Assembly (NCBI GenBank): GCA_028066245.1
Contig: JALCBR010000001.1
Location: forward strand, 110,145-174,144
Length of the DNA: 64,000 nucleotides
Direction: 5' to 3'
DNA from: Pirellulales bacterium
GTDB taxonomy: Bacteria > Planctomycetota > Planctomycetia > Pirellulales > S012-138
Part shown: one piece after another, positions 55,360 to 64,000 of the stretch
How positions within the stretch are numbered: position 1 is the stretch's first letter
Layout of the letters: every line of letters begins with the position of its first letter
The notes under the pieces: model-generated
The model's input: the letters and a program-made list of their open reading frames with translations, nothing else
The model's database searches: none
What the model was told of the DNA's origin: nothing
Program-made: the position numbers and the translations under genes

Positions 55360-56561
55360 AACTCGCGCTGATTATCCCTGATGGTGCTGCGGACGAGCCG
55401 CGTGATGAGTTGGCAGGCAAGACTCCGCTACAGGCGGCACACACTCCGCACATGGATGCTATTGCTACGCAAGGCGTTGTTGGCAGAGCGTGTCATGTTC
55501 CTTCGGGGTTCGCCCCTGGTTCTGACGTCGCCAATTTGAGCTTGTTGGGATACAGCCCAACGGAATTCTTCACCGGCAGAGCGCCGTTGGAAGCGGCTGC
55601 CGCCGGCATTGAATTGGGCGAGCTTGATTGGGCGGTGCGTTGCAACTTGGTCACCATTGACTCTGACCAGGTGATGCAAGAGTTCACGGCCGGACATATC
55701 TCCTCGGCAGAAGCTTCCACGTTGCTGAAATCGTTGGAAGAAGCGGTTGATCATCTGCATCTGGAGTTGGTTCCGGGTGTCAGCTACCGCAATTTGCTGA
55801 TCGTCCGTGGAATGTCCCCCAGCCCGTTTTCTGCGGAGACGCGGACCGTTCCGCCCCATGATCTCACTGGCCAGACAGTCGGTGACCACTATCCACGCGG
55901 ACTGGGAAGTGATTTATTGACCGGGATCATGGAGAAGAGCATCGAGGTCTTCTCCGATCACCCTGTCAATGCCGCCCGGCGCAAGGCGCGAAACCCGGTC
56001 GCCAGCAATGTTTGGTTGTGGGGCTTGGGCAAGTCCGTCACATTGCCGCCGTTTGCTGAGCGTTTTGGAGCTCGGGGGGCCATGATCACCGCCGTTGACC
56101 TGCTAAGAGGTTTGGCAAAACTCGTTGGTTGGACATGCATTGAAGTCCCGGGTGCCACCGGTTATCTGGACACGGACTATGCCGCTAAGGGCCGGGCAGC
56201 CATTGACGCGATTGAGCAGTACGACTTTGTTTGCGTGCACGTGGAAGCTCCAGATGAAGCGGCCCATGCTGGCGATACGGCGGAGAAGATCGCGGCCATT
56301 GAACAGATCGACGAGAAGATCGTTGGTCCGCTACACGCTGCTCTCAAGCGGAAAGATGAGTATCGAGTACTCGTTACTCCAGACCATCCCACGTTTCTAC
56401 GCACCAAAACGCACAGCCATGGGGACGTGCCCTTTTGTGCCTGTGGAGCAGAGATCACGGCTGACGGAGCTGAGACGTACGCAGAACCAGTGGCTGAGCG
56501 AAGCGAGATTTCCTTTCCCGCTGGCTGGAAGCTGATGAGTTGGTTCACGGCGCATGATTGA
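55356..56561 (+). CDS. apgM: cofactor-independent phosphoglycerate mutase, archaeal-type (ApgM family)
   Basis: 'MKLALIIPDGAADEP', 'LQAAHTPHMDAIA', 'GSDVANLSLLGY', 'HVEAPDEAAHAGD' and 'VLVTPDHPT' are metalloenzyme-superfamily ApgM motifs. Confidence 0.85.
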   Translation: MKLALIIPDGAADEPRDELAGKTPLQAAHTPHMDAIATQGVVGRACHVPSGFAPGSDVANLSLLGYSPTEFFTGRAPLEAAAAGIELGELDWAVRCNLVTIDSDQVMQEFTAGHISSAEASTLLKSLEEAVDHLHLELVPGVSYRNLLIVRGMSPSPFSAETRTVPPHDLTGQTVGDHYPRGLGSDLLTGIMEKSIEVFSDHPVNAARRKARNPVASNVWLWGLGKSVTLPPFAERFGARGAMITAVDLLRGLAKLVGWTCIEVPGATGYLDTDYAAKGRAAIDAIEQYDFVCVHVEAPDEAAHAGDTAEKIAAIEQIDEKIVGPLHAALKRKDEYRVLVTPDHPTFLRTKTHSHGDVPFCACGAEITADGAETYAEPVAERSEISFPAGWKLMSWFTAHD

Positions 56562-57473
56562 ACGGCTCTGAAACGGCGAAGGCACGTTCGATTTCGGCGA
56601 ATCTCTCGCCGGGCGCAACGATGTAATCGCAAAGTTGCAAATCGTCGTGGACCCCAATCTCTTCCACACGTTGCACGCCGGCAAACTCGTTCGCCGGCGA
56701 TTTCCGAATCCGCAACCAACGGGAGTCGAGGTCGGCAAAGAGCTGTTGGAGTTGCTGCTGGCGTTCCAGTCGGTCCATGTTTTCCGCTTTGTACACCGGC
56801 AACACTTCAAGCAGGACGAGAGGCCGGTCTGCCATCAGCATCTCTCGCATGCTTCTGGCGACCTCTAACTCGGCTCCTTCCACATCGATCTTAACAAGAC
56901 CAACTGGTCCCGGAGCGTGCTGTCTTCGGAACTCGCATATTTGAGAACCGGCACAAATTGTTTGTGGGCTCTAAGAACAGAGTCGCTATCCGAATTCGCC
57001 GGAACGGTTTTGGCTGGGCGAAACCCCTCGACCAGCGATGCGGCGCTGTTGACCTCTCCGCCATACAGTTCCAGTTCCAGCACGGTGTTGGCGTCAAACA
57101 AACCGGCCGGAATCAGGCGAGCACCGCGGTAATCGTTGGCGGCAATCAAGCGATTGACGTAGGAGACACACGCGGGGTTTGGCTCGAAACCCAGGTAGTT
57201 CCGCTCTGGTTCCAGGCATTTGAGCTTGATGAGTGTCTGGCCGAGGTTCACTCCAACGTCGACAAATACGCCACTGCATTGTGGCAGGGCACGGCGTAGG
57301 GTCTCGGTCATCCATGGCTCACTGAGCTGGAGATTCTCGTCTCCCAGACCACCGGTCAACGGAATTTTGTAGGACACGCCTGCGCATTGGCGTGTGAGCA
57401 CAGCGTTGACGCGCGAGCGGAAACCGAGTTCGGCCAGACCTTTGGCCAAAGCATTAACAATTCGGCGTTTCAC
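56545..57473 (-). pseudogene. FkbM-family methyltransferase interrupted by a 1-nt frameshift near 56893-56897
   Basis: Track ORF 56865..57653 carries 'VFVDVGVNLGQT...YLGFEPNP' and ends '...RDQLVLLRSMWKEPS*'. The -1 frame reads '..GLVKIDVEGAELEVARSM..', which is ORF 56545..56883. Restoring one G in 'ttggtcttg-ttaag' gives 'RDQLVLVKIDVEGAEL'. The likely start is the GTG at 57473 ('VKRRIVNALAKG'). Confidence 0.6.
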
Positions 57474-57589
57474 GTTTTCGTTGAGAGACGGCACAGTCGA
57501 GTGAGGGTGACGATCGTCCGTCTTAGTTGGTCCACGCCGTTCAAACCAGCCCTGGAGGACGATTTCGCGCGTATTGCGGCGAATGGTCC

Positions 57590-58930
57590 TCACAAGATCT
57601 TGCGAATCACAATCGGCCGGTCCGCGCTGACACTTGTTCTGCCCACCCCCCAAACGGCAACGGTTTCGTCTCGCTCAATCACCCGATACGCTTGTCCGGA
57701 GAGAGGGCTGACCTGGAAAGCCGGTGCGGGCTCGCCTGTGGCGTGCGACAAGCCAACCTGCCACGCTTCCATGCGTGCCCGATCCAGAGCGAACAAGGCT
57801 TGCCCTTGTGGGATGCTTTCGGCAAGCAGTTTTGCCAATGAAAACGTTGTGTTTGCTGAGCCAGCAGTACTGGGATCGACCGTGTCACGGGAATCACCAG
57901 AGGGCAACTCAAGTGCGATCCCCTCCCGGCGGAACAAAGGTTGACCGCATTGGTCGATGACATGCTGCATGGCCTCGAGATACCTCACCGCATCCGCATC
58001 CACCGCCTGGCCTTCAAAGCGTGCCAGCGCGTCTTGATCTTCCGCGTTCAAGGCTTCTGTTTCTTCAGCGGTCAGCACAGAAGAGATGTTTCCTGATCGA
58101 GCGTATTCATAACAGATCAGGCTCAGTGCTCGGTCGCTACGCCAGGCATCGCGCTCTTCTGGCCAATCTTGCAGTGCCATATCGACCGCCTGACTCGCGG
58201 CCAGCAGGACTTCTCTTGTCGTTGATTCGTGTTGGCAAATGGCTTCCAGCACAAGCAGCGCATCGGTTCGAACGTGGACCGCCTGGAGTCGACAGCTGAT
58301 GTGCGTTTGCTCGTCCAGACATCTGGCCAGCGCGAGCATGGCGTTGACCGCTTCCACGCTTGCCCCCAAATCGCCCGCGTTCATGCTTTGCCGGGCGCTG
58401 ATGGCTTCCATGCGCGCGATGGCGTGAATCGCATAGATGATCGACAGATCGATGGTGAGTGCCTGAGTATGATCGATCTCCAGGTTGCACTGCTTGCCGT
58501 TAATTGCCTGTCGAGCGGAAATTCGTGTTGAATCATGCTTTTCCAGGAAACGCATGGCGCGCTCCCAATTTGTCATCGAGAAATCCCATGACTCGCTCGG
58601 AAAGAACGCCTGCGTTTCGTCAAAGATTCTCTTGCGCGCGGCCGTTGGGATCAGAGCTTCCAACGATGGGCCTGCGTTGTCTTTTCGCGGAATTGGCCGC
58701 CGGCGGATTTGCTCCGGCAGCCCCTGATTTGTCTTCAAGGATTTCAGCAGGCTGGCGAGCGTTTCATTCTTCGTCAAATTGAGTCGTGGTAGATAGCCGG
58801 CCGGCTGAGTGATCTTCTCGGCTGGAAGAGGATCTTCCGACGAGCATCCAATCACACCGACGATCAGCACAGCCCATAGACTCGCCACGCCGTGGGTATG
58901 AAAACGTAAGCCAGATTTCGCGGGCGCCAT
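57590..58930 (-). CDS. lipoprotein of unknown function
   Basis: ATG at 58930. 'LWAVLIVGVIGCSSED' is a lipobox (VIGC). The remaining 446-aa protein is mostly helical and I recognise no family. Confidence 0.65.
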   Translation of the reverse strand: MAPAKSGLRFHTHGVASLWAVLIVGVIGCSSEDPLPAEKITQPAGYLPRLNLTKNETLASLLKSLKTNQGLPEQIRRRPIPRKDNAGPSLEALIPTAARKRIFDETQAFFPSESWDFSMTNWERAMRFLEKHDSTRISARQAINGKQCNLEIDHTQALTIDLSIIYAIHAIARMEAISARQSMNAGDLGASVEAVNAMLALARCLDEQTHISCRLQAVHVRTDALLVLEAICQHESTTREVLLAASQAVDMALQDWPEERDAWRSDRALSLICYEYARSGNISSVLTAEETEALNAEDQDALARFEGQAVDADAVRYLEAMQHVIDQCGQPLFRREGIALELPSGDSRDTVDPSTAGSANTTFSLAKLLAESIPQGQALFALDRARMEAWQVGLSHATGEPAPAFQVSPLSGQAYRVIERDETVAVWGVGRTSVSADRPIVIRKIL

Positions 58931-59191
58931 GAGTTTCCCCAGGTTCGCGGATCACACCGCAGACACTTATGCGGCCCAGACACCGTTGAGCGGGCCAGAC
59001 GCAATGCAACGGGTCGCGAATGCTAAGCTGGTGTGGCGCAACCGGAAAGGTCATTTGGTCCACTGAGACCGTTCGTGCGTGATTTCGCCTGGGAAGACCA
59101 GGCGGCAAAGAGCCTTCCCCTGCTGAACAGTGCGCGCACTGCTTGCGACTTTCCTGCACCTCAACAAACTGCTGATAAACCAACAGTCTGT

Positions 59192-59791
59192 TTAGTGGCC
59201 AACGCGGACAGGTTTGCGACGGCGGGAAGACGTGGAACTGCGCGTTCCGTTGGATTTGGGAACTGTGGTCTGGAACTCGATCATTTCCGCCAATTCGGCT
59301 TCGACCAATTCGCTTGCCGAAACGTAGCGACCGGGCCGCATCCATCGCTCAATCTGCTTGACAGAGATGCCAAACAAGTCTGCCAAAAGCGTATCCATAT
59401 CGCCCTCAAGTTGCCCAAAATGGCGAGCCCATTCCGCAGCTTCGGACATGAGCACTTGTTCGTCACTTTGCCACTTCATGGGATGGAACAAAAGAAAGCA
59501 AAATGGCGTGACGAGGCGGTGACTGCATGCCGCAAACGGCCACAACGCCGCAGATGAGCATTCGCCCGTCACGACGGCCGTGACTTGCAGCTCACGAAGC
59601 AAGATCAGCGACATCAACGACAAGCCGGAATAAGGGCTCCCTCCCGGAGAATTGAAATAGATCGTGCATTCGCCTCCTGGCGGAACTTCAAGCAGTTTCT
59701 CGGTGATCTGGGATTCGTTGTCGGTTAACTCGCCAACGATGGCGACTTCAACGTGTTCGTCCGTTGGCTTCTCACGATTCATGGTTGACAT
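59192..59791 (-). CDS. ClpP/S14-like protease-fold protein (divergent)
   Basis: 'IYFNSPGGSPYSGLSLMSLI', 'VVTGECSSAALWPFAA' and 'LLFHPMKW' align by eye with ClpP 'INSPGG', 'GQAASMGA' and 'MIHQP'. The start is either ATG 59791 or ATG 59782; the latter has AAGGA 8 nt upstream. Confidence 0.7.
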   Translation of the reverse strand: MSTMNREKPTDEHVEVAIVGELTDNESQITEKLLEVPPGGECTIYFNSPGGSPYSGLSLMSLILLRELQVTAVVTGECSSAALWPFAACSHRLVTPFCFLLFHPMKWQSDEQVLMSEAAEWARHFGQLEGDMDTLLADLFGISVKQIERWMRPGRYVSASELVEAELAEMIEFQTTVPKSNGTRSSTSSRRRKPVRVGH

Positions 59792-60180
59792 CCTTTTCGC
59801 GCTGCCGAACAAGACAATCTTGCCTGGCCATTGCTCGGCTGGGAATGGTCCCGGTCTTCATTTGGCTTAGCTAGCCGTCATTGCCAATCAATGTGCGATT
59901 GTCATCCACGATTTCAAGATGCCCACGGCATATTCCACGCGGCGACGCCCTAGCAACCAGCATTGGTTAACGCACCTATACCGGTAATGGCCCCTCGACT
60001 CAAGCATTCGCGAATTTGCTGCCGCAACGAAACTGGAATAGCGCTTGACGCGGAGTAGGCGGCGAGATACATGGCCGAGCCGCCTGCAAGTGATGGCATG
60101 CTGGCGCTAGCACGCCATCCGTTTTAGCACGAGCGTTGAGCGACCGATGCGCTCGGCATTCGGACTCGCCTTGTCGCGAA

Positions 60181-61125
60181 ATGCTAAATCATCAGAATGG
60201 CCACGCTCTCCCAGTTCGAAGTGATCGCGCGACCCCATTGTTTCATCCTTCGGTTCTTTCGATGATTCTTCAGCCCCGCTTGCGCCGCCTGGCTTGCTGG
60301 TTGCATCGCTTTCGCAGCACGCGCCATCTCGCCGAACGTATACGCGAACGACACGCCCACGGCGCGCGGATGATGGTCATCGAAGACTTCGACGGAGGTG
60401 GGAAGTTCCGGGTGAACCTGGCCGACCACATCGGCAGCCACATCTATTGGTTTGGCGGCTACAACCTGGACCTGGCCAAAGTTTTGGACCGCGTGCTCTC
60501 ACCTGGAATGGTTGTGATGGACGCAGGCGCGAACGTTGGCGAAGTGGCGTTGATGGCGGCACATCGCGTTGCGCCTACGGGTCAGGTGTTCGCCTTCGAG
60601 CCGCTATCCACGATTCGGCGGGAACTACAGAGCAACCTGGCTCTCAATCCAGATGCGCCCATCGATGTCATTCCCCAAGGTTTGTCCGATATCGCTCGCA
60701 CGGCGACAGTTTACGGCAACGAAGTTTCTGATGATGCGGGCGCCGTCAACCACGGGCTGGCTTCACTGTACCCGCAAGTTTCTGGGACACGCCATGCCGC
60801 GGAGACAATCTCGCTGACAACACTGGACCTTTGGGCGAGTGAAAACAACCCAAAACGAATCGACCTGATCAAAATCGACGTTGAGGGCGAGGAGTTGTCC
60901 GTGCTCAAAGGGGCAAGCGAAGCCCTCCACAACTACCGCCCTCATTTGGTCGTCGAGGTCCAACGTGATACCTGCGAAGCGGCGGGATACACGCCCGCTG
61001 ACATTCTCATCTTTCTGAAGGCCCTGAACTACAGGTTCTTCCGTATCCGCCGCCGCGGCAGATTACGTCGCATTGAGGTTGATGATCTCTCGCGTTTCCA
61101 AAACGTGCTTTGCGTGCCGGAATGA
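60181..61125 (+). CDS. FkbM-family methyltransferase
   Basis: 'VVMDAGANVGEVA', 'VFAFEPLS' and 'IDLIKIDVEGEELSVLKGA...HLVVEV' are FkbM motifs. The start is uncertain: the track ORF begins with TTG at 60136, and ATG codons lie at 60181 and 60262. Confidence 0.8.
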   Translation: MLNHQNGHALPVRSDRATPLFHPSVLSMILQPRLRRLACWLHRFRSTRHLAERIRERHAHGARMMVIEDFDGGGKFRVNLADHIGSHIYWFGGYNLDLAKVLDRVLSPGMVVMDAGANVGEVALMAAHRVAPTGQVFAFEPLSTIRRELQSNLALNPDAPIDVIPQGLSDIARTATVYGNEVSDDAGAVNHGLASLYPQVSGTRHAAETISLTTLDLWASENNPKRIDLIKIDVEGEELSVLKGASEALHNYRPHLVVEVQRDTCEAAGYTPADILIFLKALNYRFFRIRRRGRLRRIEVDDLSRFQNVLCVPE

Positions 61126-61436
61126 TGCCCGCCGTCTGCGTGACGTTAAGGGGCTTATTCGGGACTTCACGTCGCGCACGTCCAACGATACTGCGCGCAG
61201 AGTTCGCTACCTGTTCTGCATAGACTGAACTGCATGCCAGGCAGTGGCTTGCATCGTTGAAGCGCCACCGAAATGGGTGGACCAGACTTGGCAATCATTC
61301 TCACCAAACTTTGGTACGAGATGTGCTGGCTTTGCTATAGTTGCCGTTTTTGCGAGACTTTCTAGTCAATCGCAGCGTTTCATGTCTATATCGAACACAA
61401 TCGATGTCTTTGGGTTTTTACCAACGGAGTCCAAAC

Positions 61437-62231
61437 ATGAAGCTGAAGCACGTTTTTTCTGCCGGCATCCTGCTGGCGTTCCTAGGAAGCGCGATCCTCG
61501 CGCAACAGGGACAGCAGGGGAATCGTCAAGGTCGCGGTCGTGGCGGCCAACGCCAGAACCGGATGGAGCACCGGCCGGGCGATTTGCGCATCGGTCAAAT
61601 GGCACCAACGTTTGAACTGAGCTCGCTGGATGGCAAGTCAAAGTACGACCTGCTGAAAATGCGGGGAGAAAAGCCCGTTGTGCTGTTCTTTGGCAGCTAC
61701 ACATGACCGCCGTTCCTTCGCCAGGTTGGCGAAATGGAAAAGATGTACCAAGACTACAAAGACATCGTAGATTTTCAGTTGGTCTATATTAAAGAAGCCC
61801 ACGCGGCTGACTCCAATTGGTCCGTCGATTACGCAAAAGACCTGGGCATTACCGAACACGACAATCATCTCGAGCGCTGCACCGCTGCGGATATGCTCTT
61901 CAAGGACAAAGCTCTGAGCATTCCCTTCCTTGTTGACGATATGAAAGACGCTGTCAACGGAGCATACAAAGCGTTCCCTGACCGCATCTTCCTTGTCCGC
62001 AAAGACGGTCGTTTGGCGGTCGCCGCCACGCGTGGACCATGGGGGTTCTCGCCTGCGTTAACCCAAGTCGCAACCTGGCTCGCGGAATACCGTAAGAATG
62101 GCAAAGAGCCGGATTTGCCCAAGGACGCCAAAGAAGCGGGCGAAGATGTTCGAGTGGTCACCAAGTTGGAAAAGCGCGCTGATTCTACAGACAAGGCCGC
62201 TACGAAATCAGCCGATGGCGAAGACGGATAG
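61437..62231 (+). CDS. secreted iodothyronine-deiodinase-like thioredoxin-fold protein, probable selenoprotein (Sec at TGA 61704-61706)
   Basis: Track ORFs 61341..61706 and 61734..62231 are in the same frame, separated only by TGA. Read-through gives 'PVVLFFGSYT-U-PPFLRQVGEMEKMYQDYKDIVDFQLVYIKEAHAADSNW...AYKAFPDRIFLVRKDGRLAVAATRGPWGF...VATWLAEY', which matches the deiodinase 'FGSxTUPPF...DF..IYI.EAH..D.W...RGP.G...WL' pattern. ATG at 61437 with a GGAG SD and a signal peptide. Confidence 0.8.
61715..61737 (+). promoter_or_regulatory. candidate bacterial SECIS hairpin
   Basis: The stem UUCGCC (61717-61722) / GGCGAA (61728-61733) has the apical loop AGGUU (61723-61727). It can be extended by CC (61715-16) / GG (61736-37) across a 2-nt bulge. 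The loop G lies about 20 nt from the U of UGA. Confidence 0.6.
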
Positions 62232-62296
62232 AAATCGGTCGTGAAGATTGCTGGCTAAGCCGCAGTCCAACCGAACGCCGATCTTGCAACCACCAA

Positions 62297-62341
62297 GGGA
62301 ATCCTTCCGCACGAGAAATGTGCCGAAGGGTTCCCTTTTTG
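62297..62341 (+). terminator. rho-independent terminator after the deiodinase-like gene
   Basis: The 11-bp stem gggaatccttc / gaagggttccc has one G-U pair plus an inner gcac/gtgc stem, and is followed by TTTTTG. Confidence 0.75.
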
Positions 62342-62565
62342 ATTCACGTTCACCATCGAGCCTCTCTCTTTCTTCAGGACGTATACAGATTCAAGAGAAG
62401 CGTAGATTCAAGGGGACATTGTGGAACACCTCACCTCGCTGACAGTCAGCCTTGCGGATACTGGATGGCGTTTAACGGGGTCATCAGCGGTGTGCTATAG
62501 TTAAGTTCTGCCGATTACTCAGATTGGATTGACTCCTGGGATCAAGACGTCGTGAGTGACTTCAA

Positions 62566-64000
62566 ATGGCAGGCGCGTTGAAGTGGCGCCTTGCTGAGTT
62601 GAGATTCCCCTCCATTCTCTCTGTGGAGCGAAAGCCTGTGTTTTCATTTTTATCTCATTCACGGTCGCGCAAGCTTCGTTTGAACAAGGTCAAGGTTTGC
62701 TGCTTGGCCATCTGGGCAGGCCTGCTCTCGTTCGCCTTGATCTCGACAAGCGCTGCGCAAACGCCCACGCTTGATTCAGGCCCTGTCAACGGCGCTCAGC
62801 AGCCACCGGCAAAGCAGGATGCTCGCCCTCTTTCCAAGCCGCTCAACGAAGACGAGTACTACGAGTTGTTTCGCACGTTGGTCGATGTGATGAGCCAGGT
62901 GGAAAACAACTACGTGCAGGATGTCGACCGGCGGGAACTGATGGAAGCCGCCATTCAAGGTGTTCTCAGCAAGCTTGATCCGTATTCCAACTATGTTCCG
63001 CCTTCAGAGGTCGATCGCTTTCGTCAAGATATCGAGTCCGAGTTTGCCGGCGTGGGAATTCAAGTCGGAGTTCGCCGCGGCATGCTGACCGTCATCAGCC
63101 CCATTGTTGGTGCGCCGGCGTATCGAGCTGGTGTTCGCGCTGGCGACGTGATCGTCGAGATCGACGGAACCAACGCCCGTGAGATGTCAGTGGACGCCGC
63201 CATGGAGCTATTTCATGGTGAGCCTGGCACGCCTGTCAGCTTCAAGGTCTTACGTGTGGATTCCGCTGAACCGCTCGAAATCACGGTCAACCGTGAAGTT
63301 GTCCGTGTCGAGACCGTCATGGGTGACCGCCGAGGTCCAGATGACCAATGGGACTTTATGTACGATGAGAAGTTGAAGATTGGTTTCATCCGAATCACGG
63401 CCTTCAGCCGCGAAACGGCCGCCGACCTGCGCAGAGCGGTCGCCAAGCTCAAGGCTGACGGAATGAAAGGTCTGATCATCGATTTGCGTTTCAATCCCGG
63501 CGGCTTGCTCGCATCGGCCATTGATGTCTGCGACATGTTTATCTCCAGCGGGCGCATCGTCAGCACTCGCAATCGAAACGGGCAGGAACAAACCTGGGAC
63601 GCGCACTCCTTTGGAACGTTTGAGGATTTTCCCATGGCCGTGTTGGTCAACGGCTATAGCGCCAGCGCGAGTGAAGTCGTTTCCGGCTGCTTGCAGGACC
63701 ACAACCGAGCCGTCATCGTTGGTGAACGGACATTTGGGAAAGGGAGCGTACAAGATGTTGTCTCGCTCGCCCGTGGTTCTAGCGCGCTGAAAATCACGGT
63801 CGCCAGCTATCATCGTCCCAGCGGAAAGAACATTCACCGCTTTCCGGACTCCAGTATCGATGATGACTGGGGTGTGATTCCCAACGAAGGCTTTCGACAG
63901 CGAATGAACAACGTGGAGATGATGCGATTCGTTCGCGACCGACGCGAAAGGGATATCGTCCGGTACAACCCCAATCCCGATGAACAGCCGCCGCTTATCG
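62566..64000 (+). CDS. ctpA: S41-family C-terminal processing peptidase (Ctp/Prc), 3' end off-window
   Basis: This ORF is not in the track because it has no stop inside the window. My translation reads '...FAGVGIQVG...LTVISPIVGAPAYRAGVRAGDVIVEIDG' (PDZ domain), then 'LIIDLRFNPGGLL', 'VLVNGYSASASEVVSG' and 'GERTFGKGSVQ' (Ser/Lys dyad motifs). The start is ATG 62566 or GTG 62638; the latter directly precedes a signal peptide. Confidence 0.85.
   Translation, partial: MAGALKWRLAELRFPSILSVERKPVFSFLSHSRSRKLRLNKVKVCCLAIWAGLLSFALISTSAAQTPTLDSGPVNGAQQPPAKQDARPLSKPLNEDEYYELFRTLVDVMSQVENNYVQDVDRRELMEAAIQGVLSKLDPYSNYVPPSEVDRFRQDIESEFAGVGIQVGVRRGMLTVISPIVGAPAYRAGVRAGDVIVEIDGTNAREMSVDAAMELFHGEPGTPVSFKVLRVDSAEPLEITVNREVVRVETVMGDRRGPDDQWDFMYDEKLKIGFIRITAFSRETAADLRRAVAKLKADGMKGLIIDLRFNPGGLLASAIDVCDMFISSGRIVSTRNRNGQEQTWDAHSFGTFEDFPMAVLVNGYSASASEVVSGCLQDHNRAVIVGERTFGKGSVQDVVSLARGSSALKITVASYHRPSGKNIHRFPDSSIDDDWGVIPNEGFRQRMNNVEMMRFVRDRRERDIVRYNPNPDEQPPLI

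Noticed and set aside
58764-59345. 193-aa minus-strand ORF spanning the gap between the lipoprotein and the ClpP-like gene.
   Set aside because: It overlaps the 3' end of the ClpP-like gene out of frame, is Arg/Cys/Ser-rich and has no motifs. It is probably spurious.

Overview
The window reads as a chromosomal segment from a Planctomycetota (Pirellulales-like) genome. This placement is an inference from two DUF1559 'H-X9-DG' proteins with prepilin-type N-termini, giant domain-less membrane proteins and the general gene content. I saw no rRNA, tRNA, CRISPR array, transposase or integrase. Contents from left to right: (1) 1-2.2 kb holds small secreted, DUF1579 and HEAT-repeat genes. (2) 2.3-18.7 kb is a minus-strand late flagellar cluster, flgF-flgG-flgA-flgH-flgI-(rod-binding flgJ-like)-(flgN-like)-flgK-flgL-fliW-csrA-fliC, followed by a TPR/GT9-like glycosyltransferase. 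(3) 19-23.5 kb holds housekeeping genes: ruvX, a SAM methyltransferase, yjbQ and an FAD-oxidoreductase::SelD fusion. (4) 23.7-35.2 kb holds a DUF1559 gene convergent with two stop/start-abutting giant multi-pass membrane proteins of 1075 and 2412 aa with no domain I can name. Together they look like three copies of one module, and this is my best candidate for an undescribed system. (5) 35.6-52 kb holds an inositol monophosphatase, a frameshifted M14 carboxypeptidase, a tandem pair of paralogous SPFH/flotillin-like proteins, a PQQ-like beta-propeller, glgX and an S9 peptidase. (6) 52-64 kb holds small ORFs, a second DUF1559 gene, apgM, a frameshifted FkbM methyltransferase, a lipoprotein, a ClpP-like protein and a second FkbM methyltransferase. 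It also holds a secreted iodothyronine-deiodinase-like gene whose two track ORFs are joined by an in-frame TGA in the motif FGSYT-U-PPF, with a hairpin downstream, so it is a probable selenoprotein. The window ends in a 3'-truncated S41 C-terminal processing protease that the ORF track misses. All family calls come from reading motifs in the translations; no database search was run.
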